In this document: positions 47,170-57,269 of the stretch, piece by piece | Layout of the letters: the number at the start of each line of letters is the position of its first letter | Position numbering within the stretch: the stretch's first letter is position 1 | NCBI GenBank assembly: GCA_965228475.1 | Contig: OZ245817.1 | Span: forward strand, 4,416,001-4,480,000 | From: Myxococcota bacterium | GTDB lineage: Bacteria; Myxococcota_A; UBA9160; JAFDDA01 | Reading direction: 5' to 3' | DNA: 64,000 nt | Notes under the pieces: model-generated | Seen by the model: only the letters and a program-made list of their open reading frames with translations | Database searches by the model: none | What the model was told of the DNA's origin: nothing | Made by a program: the position numbers and the translations under genes

Positions 47170-48324
47170 CTAGGGCTTCTCCGCGCCGACGATCCACATC
47201 GCGAAGAACTGGGAACCGCCGCCGTAGGCATGGCCGAGCGCGCGCTTCGCGCCGTCGACCTGGTGCTCCCCGGCCATGCCGCGCACCTGCATCGCGGCTT
47301 CGGCGAAGCGGATCATGCCCGACGCGCCGATCGGGTTCGAGGAGAGCACGCCACCCGACATGTTGACCGGGAGGTCGCCGTCGAGCGCGGTCGCACCTTC
47401 GTAGGTCATCTTCCAGCCTTCCCCGGCCGGCGCGAAGCCGAGGTTCTCCATCCACATGGGCTCGAACCAGCTGAACGGGACGTAGATCTCCGCGCAGTCG
47501 AGGTCCTGGCGCGGGTTCTGGATGCCGGCCTTGGCGTAGAGCTCCTTGGCGCACTCCCGGCCCGCGTGCGGGTTCACCTGATCGCGCCCGGCGAACTGCG
47601 TCGGCTCGCTGCGCATGGCGGTGCCGTGCACCCAGGCCGGGTTCTTCGTGCTGGAGGCGCCCTGCTCGTTCGAGAGCACCATCGCGCACGCGCCGTCCGA
47701 GGACGGGCAGGTCTCGAGGTAGCGGATCGGGTCCCACAGCATGGGCGAGTTGGCGATCGCCTCGAAGGTGACGTCCGGCACCTTCAGGTGCGCGTAGGGG
47801 TTCTTGAGCGCGTTCAGCCGGTCCTTCAGCGCGACGCGGATGCCCGTGTCGTCCGGCGCCTCGGAGCGTGCCATGTAGGCCCGGATCAGCGGCGCGAAGT
47901 AGCCGCCCGCGCCCGCCACCACCGCCACCGAGAACGGCATCGAGATGGTGAGCGCCCACATGGCGTTGCTCTCGGACTGCTTCTCGTAGGCCACCGTGAG
48001 CACGCGCTCGTGGATGCCGGCCTCGATCAGGCTCGAGGCCACGCAGGCCGTGCTGCCGCCGACGCTGCCCGCCGTGTGCACGCGCAGCATGGGCTTCCCC
48101 ACGGCGCCGAGAGCGTCCGCCAGGAAGAGCTCGGGCATCATCACGCCCTCGAACATGTCGGGGGCCTTGCCGACGACGACGGCGTCGATGTCGCCCCAGT
48201 CGCAGCCCGCGTCCTCGAGGGCGCGCTGCGCCGCTTCGCGCACGAGGCCCTGCTGAGAGACGTCGCCTCGGTTCGCGTCGTGCTTGGTCTGGCCGATCCC
48301 GACCACCGCGCAACGTTCCGCCAT
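47170..48324 (-). CDS. ltp3: Thiolase-fold protein Ltp3-like
   Basis: VVGKAPDMFEGVMMPELFL, RVHTAGSVGGST, ETCPSSDGACA, GHAYGGGSQFFAMW. Confidence 0.88.
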   Translation of the reverse strand: MAERCAVVGIGQTKHDANRGDVSQQGLVREAAQRALEDAGCDWGDIDAVVVGKAPDMFEGVMMPELFLADALGAVGKPMLRVHTAGSVGGSTACVASSLIEAGIHERVLTVAYEKQSESNAMWALTISMPFSVAVVAGAGGYFAPLIRAYMARSEAPDDTGIRVALKDRLNALKNPYAHLKVPDVTFEAIANSPMLWDPIRYLETCPSSDGACAMVLSNEQGASSTKNPAWVHGTAMRSEPTQFAGRDQVNPHAGRECAKELYAKAGIQNPRQDLDCAEIYVPFSWFEPMWMENLGFAPAGEGWKMTYEGATALDGDLPVNMSGGVLSSNPIGASGMIRFAEAAMQVRGMAGEHQVDGAKRALGHAYGGGSQFFAMWIVGAEKP

Positions 48325-49376
48325 CACTCGCCCTCCAGGACGCACACGAGGTTCTGCTGCAGGCAGGGGCCCGAGGTCGCGTGCGCCACGCCCCGGCCGG
48401 CCGATCCGTCGAGGATGCGGTTCGCCACCTCACCGATGCGCGTGAGCCCCGCGCTCATGATGGGGTGCGCCGAAAGAACCCCCCCGGACGGGTTCACGTC
48501 GCAGTCGCCCGCGAGCCCGAGCGCCTCGGTCACCAACCGCTCCTGGTGACTGAAGGGCGCGTAGACCTCGGCCACGTCGACCCCGCCCTTGCCGACGCCG
48601 GCCTTCTCGGCCGCGATCTGCGTGGACGCCGACACCGTGAGGTCGCGCGCACCGAGCGAGTGCGGCTCGATGCGGTGGTCGAAGCCGCGGATCCAGGCCG
48701 GGCGCTTCGCCACGCTCTTCGCGAGGTCCGCCGATGCGATCACCAGGGCCGACGCGCCGTCGGTGATCGGCGGGCAGTCGTGCTGGCGCAGCGGGTTCGC
48801 GACGTAGGGCTCGGCGAGCAGCGCGTCGACGTCGAAGTCGCCCACCAGGTGCGCGTTCGGGTTCGACCTGCCCTTGGCCCGGTTGCGCACCGCGATCTCC
48901 GCCATCTCGCGCTCGCTGATGCGGCCGGCGTCGAGCATCTTGCGCGCCTGGAGCGCGGCCATGTGGATCGCGCTGGGCCAGAGCGGCGTCAGCAGGTAGG
49001 GGTCGAGCTGCAGCGTCACCACGTCGGCCGGGCTCCCCATGGAGCTCTTGCCGAAGCCGTAGACCAGCGCCGACTCGCACTGACCGGTCTGGATCTTGAC
49101 CCAGGCCTCGTAGAGCGCCCAGGCGCCGTCCATCTCGACGTGGCTCTCGGCGATCGGCGGCCAGGCGCCCACCGCGTCGAGGGCCATCACGAAGGAGAAG
49201 GGCTGCCCGGCGATGTAGTCGCAGCTGCCGGAGCAGACGAACCCGATCTCTTCTCGGGGGATGCCCGACGCCTCGACCGCGCGCGGAATCACGTCGAGCA
49301 GCATCTCGACCTCGTTGCGCGAGTCGCTGCGAACGCTCGGGACCTGGGCGAAGGAAACGACGGCGACGTCGCGCAT
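48324..49376 (-). CDS. ltp4: Thiolase-fold protein Ltp4-like
   Basis: CSGSCDYIAGQPFSF, PPIAESHVEMDGAWALYEAW, AHATSGPCLQQNLVCV. Confidence 0.88.
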   Translation of the reverse strand: MRDVAVVSFAQVPSVRSDSRNEVEMLLDVIPRAVEASGIPREEIGFVCSGSCDYIAGQPFSFVMALDAVGAWPPIAESHVEMDGAWALYEAWVKIQTGQCESALVYGFGKSSMGSPADVVTLQLDPYLLTPLWPSAIHMAALQARKMLDAGRISEREMAEIAVRNRAKGRSNPNAHLVGDFDVDALLAEPYVANPLRQHDCPPITDGASALVIASADLAKSVAKRPAWIRGFDHRIEPHSLGARDLTVSASTQIAAEKAGVGKGGVDVAEVYAPFSHQERLVTEALGLAGDCDVNPSGGVLSAHPIMSAGLTRIGEVANRILDGSAGRGVAHATSGPCLQQNLVCVLEGE

Positions 49377-49861
49377 CACAGGTGCTCCTGGAAGGATTCG
49401 ATCGGGACGTCCGGCTCGCCCGTCGGCTCGAAGTATTCGATGCTGCGCAGGGTCGGCCCGAGCTCGGCCTTGGGCACCCAGTGAGCCTTCACACGCATGC
49501 CCATGCGCACCTCTTCGGGCTCGCAGCCGTGGATCACGTGGAAGAAGGGGATGTCGGCCCCGTCGAGCAACACGTGGGCGGCCACGAAGGGCGGATCCAC
49601 CGAGAGGTTCTCGGCCGGGATGCGCACGACGCAGAACGTCGTGACGGTGCCCGTGTCCTTCACCTCGACCTCGTCGGTCAGCGCGACGGCATCCGCGGGG
49701 CAGCTGCCGCGCGGCGGCACGTAGACCTTGCCGCTCACCGGGCTGCGGCGGCCGAGGATCTTGCCCTGGGCGAGGCCGTGCAGGAAGACCTGCGCCGCCT
49801 CGCCGGCCGTGAACGTGTACTCGAGGTGGATCGGCGTGATGATCGTTTCGACCTTGGCCAT
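49376..49861 (-). CDS. DUF35 Zn-ribbon/OB-fold protein (like the C-half of Rv3521)
   Basis: GKVYVPPRGSCP, GTVTTFCVV, LLDGADIPFFH, EVRMGMRVKAHW, IEYFEPTGEPD. Confidence 0.85.
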   Translation of the reverse strand: MAKVETIITPIHLEYTFTAGEAAQVFLHGLAQGKILGRRSPVSGKVYVPPRGSCPADAVALTDEVEVKDTGTVTTFCVVRIPAENLSVDPPFVAAHVLLDGADIPFFHVIHGCEPEEVRMGMRVKAHWVPKAELGPTLRSIEYFEPTGEPDVPIESFQEHL

Positions 49862-49863
49862 GA

Positions 49864-50328
49864 CTAGGCGCCCTCCCCTGCATCCGCCTGGGGAACGAAA
49901 CACTCGAGGTCCCGGATGCCACCCGCGGGCTCGCTCTTGAATCGCGCGGTGACGCGCATGCCGGTCGACATGGCGCTCTCGGAGCCCGCGTCGACGCAGT
50001 GCAACAGCTCGGTGTCGGCGCCGTCGATCTGGATCAGGGCGAAGGCGAAGGGCTTCGCGAGCGCGTGGCGATCCTGCGGCTCGCTCACCCAGGTCCAGCT
50101 GCGGACGGTGCCGCCGGGCCCGACGTCGACCATCTCCCCGGTCGCTGCGCCGGTCTCGGGGTCGTACTCCGCGGGCGGGCACAGCACGCGGCCGCCCGAG
50201 GTCCTCGCGCCGAGGAGCTTTCCATCCTGGAGAGCGGAGAAGAACGCGCCCATCACCGGGCCCACGCTGCGCCGGTAGTCGTACTCGACGACGTGCGTGG
50301 CGGTGAGGGGAGACTGGCTCTGGGCCAT
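49864..50328 (-). CDS. DUF35 OB-fold protein (like the N-half of Rv3521)
   Basis: YRRSVGPVMGAFF, GRVLCPPAEYDPETG, PFAFALIQIDGADT, MSTGMRV. Confidence 0.85.
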   Translation of the reverse strand: MAQSQSPLTATHVVEYDYRRSVGPVMGAFFSALQDGKLLGARTSGGRVLCPPAEYDPETGAATGEMVDVGPGGTVRSWTWVSEPQDRHALAKPFAFALIQIDGADTELLHCVDAGSESAMSTGMRVTARFKSEPAGGIRDLECFVPQADAGEGA

Positions 50329-50392
50329 CGGGGTAACCTCCCGTGATCACTCGACTTTCGGGCCCGCGGGGGACTCGCCTGCCGAGCGTAAT

Positions 50393-50406
50393 TGAAACAC
50401 GTTCTA
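50393..50406. promoter_or_regulatory. KstR operator
   Basis: TGAAACACGTTCTA about 65 nt upstream of the DUF35-ltp4-ltp3-kstR operon. Confidence 0.82.
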
Positions 50407-50546
50407 CCTCGGCCACCCGCCCGGGTCAAGCACGGAGGCAGGGGGCGCCGCCGAAGGCACGCCGGGGAGGTTCCGGTTCCCTGACGACCGCCGGTCCCCC
50501 AGAATGCCCGGCGGTTTCATCCGCAACGAAACGTCCCGAGGCCCGC

Positions 50547-51758
50547 GTGAAGATCCGCCGCTACGAGAACCCCTACATGGTCGTGAACGCGGAGCGGCCG
50601 ATGCCCGACGGCACCCGCTGCGAACCGCTCCAGCTCCCGACCCAGGACCGGGCCGTCACCGAAGGCTGGCTCTGGCAGCGCGGCGGAGAGGACACCGTGG
50701 TGTGTCTCATGCACCCGCGGGCGAACTTCGCGCGCCACTACCTCGTGCCGCACCTGGTCGAAGCCGGCTTTGCGGTGCTCTGCCAGAACAGCCGCTGGCT
50801 CGGCAACGATTCGACGCTCGTCCACGAAACCCTGCTGCTCGACGTCGCCGAGGGCGTGCGCGCGGTGCGGGAACGTTTCGACCGCGTCGTACTGTGCGGG
50901 AACTCCGGCGGCGGCTCGCTCTACGCGTTCTACCTCGACCAGGCGGCGGCCGCGTCGGGGGAACGCTTCACCGACACCGCGGCCGGCGAGCCCTTCGACC
51001 TGAACCGCTTCGACCTCCCCGGCGCCGACGCTGTCGTCTTCCTCGCGGCCCACCCGGGCGAGGGCCACTTCCTGCTCCACGCCATCGACCCCTCGGTGAC
51101 GGACGAAGGCGACCTGCTCTCCTGCGACCCGTCCCTCGATCTGTTCGCGCCGGAGAACGGGTTCGTCGAGCCGCCGGGCGAGAGCCGCTATGCGCCGGAG
51201 TTCCTGGAGCGCTACCGCGCCGCGCAGCACGCCCGCGTCGCCCGCATCGACGAACGGGCGCGCGCCTTCGTCGCTCGCCGGCGGGAGGCGCGCGCGAAGT
51301 TCCGCGAAGCGCCCGACGCCGCGAACCGGCGCACCTCCATCGCCACGGACTACTTCGTCGTCCACCGGACCGACGCCGACCCGCGCTGCGTCGACCTGAG
51401 CCTCGACCCCTCCGCTCGCGACTACGGCTCGATCTGGGGCCACCGCCCGGACTGGACGAACTACGGCCCGGTCGGCTTCGGCCGGGTGGTCACGCCGGAC
51501 GCCTGGCTCTCCACCTGGTCCGGCCTCGCCTCCCGGGCGGAGATCGCCCGAACGGGGCCGCGAATCACGCTCCCCGCCCTCGTCGTCGGCTACGCCGGGG
51601 ACAACAGCATCTTCCCCGAGGACCAGGAGCGCATCGTCGCCTCACTCGGTTCGCAGGACGTGCAGCGGGTGGACGTCCCGGGAGACCACTACGGGTTTCC
51701 CCCCAGCGAGGGGCGCGCGGCGGCGGCCGCGGCCGTCGTCGACTGGCTCCGGCGCTAG
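50547..51758 (+). CDS. Alpha/beta-hydrolase fold protein
   Basis: Nucleophile elbow LCGNSGGGSL; C-terminal PGDHYGF. Start approximate. Confidence 0.8.
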   Translation: MKIRRYENPYMVVNAERPMPDGTRCEPLQLPTQDRAVTEGWLWQRGGEDTVVCLMHPRANFARHYLVPHLVEAGFAVLCQNSRWLGNDSTLVHETLLLDVAEGVRAVRERFDRVVLCGNSGGGSLYAFYLDQAAAASGERFTDTAAGEPFDLNRFDLPGADAVVFLAAHPGEGHFLLHAIDPSVTDEGDLLSCDPSLDLFAPENGFVEPPGESRYAPEFLERYRAAQHARVARIDERARAFVARRREARAKFREAPDAANRRTSIATDYFVVHRTDADPRCVDLSLDPSARDYGSIWGHRPDWTNYGPVGFGRVVTPDAWLSTWSGLASRAEIARTGPRITLPALVVGYAGDNSIFPEDQERIVASLGSQDVQRVDVPGDHYGFPPSEGRAAAAAAVVDWLRR

Positions 51759-51847
51759 GCACCTCCAGTTTTCAAGCGCTCCGCCCATCGCGCCGAAAGA
51801 GAACTCACCACTGCTGACCCGTTTCGGGCCAGCGCCGAGGACTCTCC

Positions 51848-53395
51848 GTGTCGGCCGCACCGTCCACGACGAAGACCAAGCCCCTTCCGAAGGAGCTCAG
51901 CGAAGCGAAGAACCTGCCCTCGCTCCCCGCGGTGGCGATGGAGGTGCTTCGGCTCTCGCGCAGCGACCGCGCCGAGTTCCAGGACTACGCCCGGATCCTC
52001 ACCAAGGACCCGGCCCTCGCGGCGAAGCTGCTGAAGCTCGCGAACTCTCCGATGTTCGGGCTGCCGCGCCCCGTGACGGCGCTGCAGGAAGCGACGAGCG
52101 TGCTCGGCCTGCGGACAGTGCAGATCATGGCGATCAGCTTCTCGCTCGTCGGCGGCCTGCCGAAGGACGGCGGCTGCAAGTCCTTCCGCCACGACGAGTT
52201 TTGGCGCAGGAGCATCCTGTTCTCCGTCGCCGCGCGCGAACTCGCGATGCAGTGCGATCGCAAGCTCTGCGACGAAGCGTTCCTGTGCGGCGTGCTCTCG
52301 CACATCGGCCAGCTCGTGATGGCCCACGGCATCCCGATGCAGTACGAGCGCGCCCTGCGCCGCTGCGACGGCTGGCCCTCGGCGGAAGACGAGCGGCGCA
52401 CGCTCGGCTTCGATCACCACCAGGTCGCCGATGGGCTGCTCACCCAGTGGAACATTCCCGACGCGATCCGGGTGCCGGTCGCCGCCTGGGGCGACCCGTC
52501 GGCCTGCTCGGACGCCAAGCCCGAAACGAGCCTGCTCTGCCAGGTCCTCGCCGCCGCGGGCGACATCGTCGCCCTCGCCGCGGGCGACGACGGCGGCGCC
52601 GCCCTCGCGAGGCTCCACGGGCGCGCCGACGCCCTCGGCGTCACGCGCCAGCAGCTCGACACCCTGGTGCTCGTCCTCGAGCACCGCGCTCACGACGCCA
52701 TGAGCGTGCTCGAGATGAAGCTCCCGGCCGGGAAGGACCACTACACACTGCTCGCCGAGGCGCGCGAGCAGATGGTCGAACTTTCCCTGGGTGCGGGCGC
52801 CGAGCTGAAGCGTTCGGACCGCCGCATCGGAGCACTCCAGAACCACGTGCGCCGGCTCCAGAAGCAGCTCACACGCGACCCGCTGACCGGCCTCTCGAAC
52901 CGCGAGCACATGGACGACCTGCTCGAGAGCGAGGTCGAGACGCGCCGCAAGGGCAAGGGTGAAGACTGGCTCGGCCTGCTGCGGATCCGCATCGACGGCT
53001 TTCACGATCTCGTGGACAGCCGGGGCAACGCGGTCGGCGAGGAGGTGCTGCGCGTGGTCGCCCAGGCGATCGGCGGCACGAGCCGGGCCTCGGACATGCC
53101 CGCCCGGACCGACGAAGAGGAGTTCGCGGTGATCGCGCCGAACTCCACCGAAGAAGGGCTGCGCGGCTTCGGCGAGCGGCTGCGGAAGTTCGTCGGCGAG
53201 CTCGAGATCCATGCCAAGGGGCGCGTCCTCCGCGCCACCATCAGCGTCGGCGGAGCGCTCTTCGACGGCGCGAAGGGTGACGGCGACACGCGGGAACTGT
53301 TCGCCCTCGCGGGCAGCGAACTCGCCGCGGCACACGAGGCCGGCGGCGACCGCGTCGCCATCGCGAGCACGCCGGTCGGCAAGAGCGAGGGCTAG
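51848..53395 (+). CDS. HDOD plus degenerate GGDEF domain protein
   Basis: LPSLPAVAMEVL, DPALAAKLLKLANSPMFG, FWRRS; DPLTGLSNR; the active-site motif reads RTDEEEF. Confidence 0.88.
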   Translation: MSAAPSTTKTKPLPKELSEAKNLPSLPAVAMEVLRLSRSDRAEFQDYARILTKDPALAAKLLKLANSPMFGLPRPVTALQEATSVLGLRTVQIMAISFSLVGGLPKDGGCKSFRHDEFWRRSILFSVAARELAMQCDRKLCDEAFLCGVLSHIGQLVMAHGIPMQYERALRRCDGWPSAEDERRTLGFDHHQVADGLLTQWNIPDAIRVPVAAWGDPSACSDAKPETSLLCQVLAAAGDIVALAAGDDGGAALARLHGRADALGVTRQQLDTLVLVLEHRAHDAMSVLEMKLPAGKDHYTLLAEAREQMVELSLGAGAELKRSDRRIGALQNHVRRLQKQLTRDPLTGLSNREHMDDLLESEVETRRKGKGEDWLGLLRIRIDGFHDLVDSRGNAVGEEVLRVVAQAIGGTSRASDMPARTDEEEFAVIAPNSTEEGLRGFGERLRKFVGELEIHAKGRVLRATISVGGALFDGAKGDGDTRELFALAGSELAAAHEAGGDRVAIASTPVGKSEG

Positions 53396-53431
53396 CCCCG
53401 GCGCCGGCCGGCCGCGCAGGAACCCGCGCGG

Positions 53432-53953
53432 CTACGCGTTGGCGCGGTGGAAGCGGACGCTTGGGTCGGGCTCGTGCTCGGGGTTCGGGTCCGTGAGCGC
53501 CGCCTCGGCGCGCGCCCGGTCCTCGGCGGTGAACGGTTCCAGGGTCAGGCACCACTCGACGGTCGTCCCGTTCGGATCCTCGGTGTAGATCGACTTGCAG
53601 AAACCGTGCTCGACCTCGACCGTGTCGTGCCCGGTCTCGAGCCAGCGGGCGAGCGCCGCGCCGTACTCGGCCTCGCTCTTCGCCTCGTAGGCGATGTGGT
53701 TCACCCAGGGCGGGAGCCCGCAGCCGCGCGAGAGATCGCTCGACCAGTCCTCGCGCACCTCGGCGTCGTCGTGGATCTCCCAGAAGGCGATCAGGCCGTT
53801 GCCACCCGTCTCGTAGAAGAAGTGCTTGGCCCAGCCGCCGCCCGGGGTCTTGCCGACGACGACCTTCACGAGCTCGAAGCCCATGCTCTCGGTGTAGAAG
53901 CGGTGGTTGGCTTCGGTGTCCCGGCAGGCCATCGCGACGTGGTGGAAACCCAT
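53432..53953 (-). CDS. VOC/glyoxalase family protein
   Basis: GFHHVAMAC, WVNHIAY, SIYTEDPNGTTVE. Confidence 0.9.
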   Translation of the reverse strand: MGFHHVAMACRDTEANHRFYTESMGFELVKVVVGKTPGGGWAKHFFYETGGNGLIAFWEIHDDAEVREDWSSDLSRGCGLPPWVNHIAYEAKSEAEYGAALARWLETGHDTVEVEHGFCKSIYTEDPNGTTVEWCLTLEPFTAEDRARAEAALTDPNPEHEPDPSVRFHRANA

Positions 53954-54092
53954 GGCTCGTCCTCCCGCGAAGATCATACCCCGCGGGCCTCCCGGGCTGG
54001 AAGGAAGCCGTGGGCGGGCCCGCCGGCCCGCTCGAGGCCCTGGTGTGGTTCGGGTTCAAGCCCGGGCCGCCCCTCACCGATAGGCAGGGGAG

Positions 54093-54428
54093 ATGCAGGA
54101 ACCCGACGACCGCCAGCACCCGCGCCACCTGGCCAAGCTCACCGTCGAGGTGCGCTCGGAACTGGACGCCATGATCACGGGCAGCATCCAGGACCTCAGC
54201 ATGGCCGGGATCTACGTCCTCTGCAGCCAGCGCCTGCCCGTCGGGACCGGCTGCGAGATCGCCATCGAGGGTGCCGACCCGGAAGGGCCCGAATGGATCC
54301 GGGCCCACGGCCGGGTCGTCCACGTCCAGCTCGACGGCATGGGCATCCAGATCACCGAGCTCGACCTGACGGATCTCGAAGAGCTCCGGCGCCTCGTCGA
54401 GGCCCGCCAGGCCAACGCCACCGAATAG
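54093..54428 (+). CDS. Stand-alone PilZ domain protein
   Basis: RQHPR (RxxxR) and DLSMAG (DxSxxG) motifs. Confidence 0.85.
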   Translation: MQEPDDRQHPRHLAKLTVEVRSELDAMITGSIQDLSMAGIYVLCSQRLPVGTGCEIAIEGADPEGPEWIRAHGRVVHVQLDGMGIQITELDLTDLEELRRLVEARQANATE

Positions 54429-54580
54429 CCGGCGAGAAACAGCCGGCGAAGCCTGCCCCTGCGGCGACCGGCCTTTCCTGGCTCGGCCCGGCCGATTCCC
54501 CGCCTCTGACAACCTTCCTGCCCGCGACGGGTTCCAAGGGCCGTGTGCTCCCGGCTATCGTCCGGGTCGAAGGAGCCCCC

Positions 54581-55366
54581 GTGAAGCCGACCCCCCTCCG
54601 CGGCGTCCTCAGCCTCTGCGTGCTGTGGGCCGCCGTGGCCGCCGCCCCCGCCGCTCGCGCCGAGCGCGTCGAGTTCGCCACCGAGGATGGCTTCACGCTC
54701 GTCGGCGATCTGCGGGCGGGCAAGCCCGACGCGCCCGCCATCATCCTGCTCCACATGTACAAGTCCGACCGCAAGGCCTGGGCACCGCTCGTCCCGAAGC
54801 TGCGCGCGGCGGGGTACACGGTGCTGGCGATCGACCAGCGAGCCCACGGCGAGTCCGTCGTGCGCGGCGAGAGCACCCTGCGGGTGGAGGAGCTTCCGCG
54901 CGGGAGCTTCGGCGACTTCGTCCGCGCCGGACCGAGCGACGTGGCGGCCGCGAGGCTGCTCCTGGCAAAACGCGGTCTCGGCAAGGGCAAGCTCGCCCTC
55001 GTCGGCGCGTCCTACGGGTGCAGCGTCGCGCTGCTGTCCTCGACGTCCCAGGACGGCATCCACGCCCTCGTCCTGCTCTCACCGGGGACGGCCTACTTCG
55101 GCGTCGAGGTCACGGAGCCCGCGGCGGCCTTCCCAGGGCCGATCTTCGGCGTCGCGGCGGAGGACGACCCGGGCAGCGCCCGCGCCACGCGCAGCTTGCT
55201 CGAGGCCCACGCCGAGGCGCAGGCCGCGAGCCCGGCCGAAGGCGGCGCACCGATGGACGACCTCCTGATCTTCCCGACGGGCGGGCACGGGACGCGGCTC
55301 TTCGGTCCGCGCCCCGAAGTCGCGAAGCGCATCGTCGATTTCCTCGGCGACGCTCTGGCACCCTGA
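54581..55366 (+). CDS. Secreted alpha/beta hydrolase
   Basis: GTG follows AAGGAG; signal peptide; LAIDQRAHGES, VGASYG, GGHGT. Confidence 0.88.
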   Translation: MKPTPLRGVLSLCVLWAAVAAAPAARAERVEFATEDGFTLVGDLRAGKPDAPAIILLHMYKSDRKAWAPLVPKLRAAGYTVLAIDQRAHGESVVRGESTLRVEELPRGSFGDFVRAGPSDVAAARLLLAKRGLGKGKLALVGASYGCSVALLSSTSQDGIHALVLLSPGTAYFGVEVTEPAAAFPGPIFGVAAEDDPGSARATRSLLEAHAEAQAASPAEGGAPMDDLLIFPTGGHGTRLFGPRPEVAKRIVDFLGDALAP

Positions 55367-55404
55367 GTTAATCTCGGGGCTTCCTTCCTCGTCGGGAGAC
55401 CCCC

Positions 55405-55938
55405 ATGAACGGCATCGATCCCTACGTCCTTCCGGGTGTGGCCGCGGCCATCGCACTTCTCGTCGGCATCCTCATCGGACGCGCCGGCCGCCCGGCCCGC
55501 AAGCGCTGGCTCGCGCTCGAAGCCGAACTCGCGGAGCGCAACGATCGCATCGAATCGTTGTCGGTCGCGCGAGCGGAACTCGAAGCGCACCGCGAGGAGC
55601 TCGGCGTGCGGCTGATCGCCGCCGAACGCGAAGCCGAGCAGCGGCGCGAGCAGCTCACGGACTACCAGAAGCAGGTCGTCGGCCACTTCAACGAGACCTC
55701 GGACCTGCTGAAGGGGATGACGCTCCAGTACCGGAACATCTACCAGCACCTCTCCGCGGGGGCCGAGGCCCTCTGCCCGGAGGGAACGCCGCGGCTCGAG
55801 CGCGACACGCCGATCGACGGGCTCCTCGGCACCGCTCCGGAGGAGACCGAGCCGGGCTCCCCCGAGGAGGACGCCGAGTCCTCCGAGGCGGTGCACCGGG
55901 ACGCCCCCCTGCAGGTGGATCCGCGCCCGGAAGCGTAA
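55405..55938 (+). CDS. DUF1043 (YhcB/ZapG)-like membrane-anchored coiled-coil protein
   Basis: N-terminal TM; YQKQVVGHFNETSDLL...YRNIYQHLSAGAEAL. Confidence 0.78.
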   Translation: MNGIDPYVLPGVAAAIALLVGILIGRAGRPARKRWLALEAELAERNDRIESLSVARAELEAHREELGVRLIAAEREAEQRREQLTDYQKQVVGHFNETSDLLKGMTLQYRNIYQHLSAGAEALCPEGTPRLERDTPIDGLLGTAPEETEPGSPEEDAESSEAVHRDAPLQVDPRPEA

Positions 55939-56008
55939 TGCTTTCGATGAGTTGGCGGCGTGCTAGCCTCCGTTGACTCGCGAATCAAGCGCACCACAGG
56001 AGAAAGCA

Positions 56009-57199
56009 ATGGGACGCAAGGTCTACGTCGTCGGCGTGGGAATGACGAAGTTCGAGAAGCCCGGATCCAAGGACTGGGACTACCCGGACATGGCGAAGGA
56101 AGCGGGCACCCGCGCCCTCGAGGACGCCGGCGTCCCTTACGACCAGATCGAGCAGGCGGCCGTCGGCTACTGCTACGGCGACTCCACCTGCGGTGAGCGC
56201 GCGGTCTACACGCTCGGCCTGACCGGCATCCCCATCTACAACGTGAACAACAACTGCTCGACGGGCTCGACGGCGCTGTTCATGGCGAAGCAGTTCATCG
56301 AGGGCGGCCTGGCCGATTGCACCCTGGCCCTCGGCTTCGAAAAGATGGAAAAGGGCTCCCTCGGCATCAAGTACACCGACCGCACCAACCCGATGGACAA
56401 GCACGCGCAGGCCATGATCGAGAAGCGCGGCTTCGCCAAGGCTCCGGCGGCCGCACAGTTCTTCGGCAACGCCGGCCGCGAGCACATGGAGAAGTACGGC
56501 ACCACGGCCGAGCACTTCGCCAAGATCGGCTGGAAGAACCACAAGCACTCGGTGAACAACCCGTACTCCCAGTTCCAGGACGAGTACAGCCTCGAAGACA
56601 TCAAGAACGCGCCGATGGTCTACGACCCGCTGACGAAGCTCCAGTGCTGCCCGACGAGCGACGGCGCCGGCGCCGCGGTGCTCGCAAGCGAGGACTTCGT
56701 GAAGAAGCACGGGCTCGAGGCCAAGGCCGTCGAGATCATCGGCATGTCCATGACGACCGACTACGCGAGCAGCTTCGAGAAGAGCGACATCAAGCTCGTC
56801 GGCTCGGACATGACGAAGAACGCGGCGCAGAAGGTCTACGAGCAGAGCGGCTACGGCGCCGAGAACGTCGACGTCGTCGAGCTGCACGATTGCTTCGCCG
56901 CGAACGAGCTCATCACCTACGAGGCGCTCGGCCTGTGCGGTGAAGGCAAGGCCGGCGAGTTCGTGGACTCGGGCGCCCAGACCTACGGCGGCAAGGTCGT
57001 CGTGAACCCGTCGGGCGGCCTGATCTCGAAGGGCCACCCGCTCGGCGCCACGGGCCTCGCCCAGTGCGCCGAACTGAACTGGCAGCTCCGCGGCGAGGCC
57101 GACGCGCGCCAGGTCGACGGCGCGAAGATCGCCCTCCAGCACAACCTCGGCCTCGGCGGCGCGGCCGTGGTGACGATGTACAAGAAGGCCAGCCTCTAG
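56009..57199 (+). CDS. SCP2/SCP-x-type thiolase (lipid-transfer protein)
   Basis: [57 protein letters not shown]. Confidence 0.93.
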   Translation: MGRKVYVVGVGMTKFEKPGSKDWDYPDMAKEAGTRALEDAGVPYDQIEQAAVGYCYGDSTCGERAVYTLGLTGIPIYNVNNNCSTGSTALFMAKQFIEGGLADCTLALGFEKMEKGSLGIKYTDRTNPMDKHAQAMIEKRGFAKAPAAAQFFGNAGREHMEKYGTTAEHFAKIGWKNHKHSVNNPYSQFQDEYSLEDIKNAPMVYDPLTKLQCCPTSDGAGAAVLASEDFVKKHGLEAKAVEIIGMSMTTDYASSFEKSDIKLVGSDMTKNAAQKVYEQSGYGAENVDVVELHDCFAANELITYEALGLCGEGKAGEFVDSGAQTYGGKVVVNPSGGLISKGHPLGATGLAQCAELNWQLRGEADARQVDGAKIALQHNLGLGGAAVVTMYKKASL

Positions 57200-57268
57200 G
57201 ACTGACCAGGGGGACGTTCCTGCCTAGCTGCCGAGGGCAGCTAGGCAGGAACGTCCCCCTGGTCAGTC
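57200..57268. repeat. REP/REPIN-like perfect inverted repeat (33-bp arms, 3-nt loop)
   Basis: GACTGACCAGGGGGACGTTCCTGCCTAGCTGCC-GAG-its reverse complement; fills the gap between convergent genes. Confidence 0.9.
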
Positions 57269-57269
57269 T

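Noticed and set aside
55953..55968. Possible sigma-54 promoter TGGCGG-CGTGC-TAGCC before the SCP-x thiolase
   Set aside because: Only the minimal GG-N10-GC matches, which is common at this GC content; no enhancer motif seen.
55939..56008. KstR control of the SCP-x thiolase
   Set aside because: No TnnAACnnGTTnnA site found upstream, so I did not include it in the regulon.
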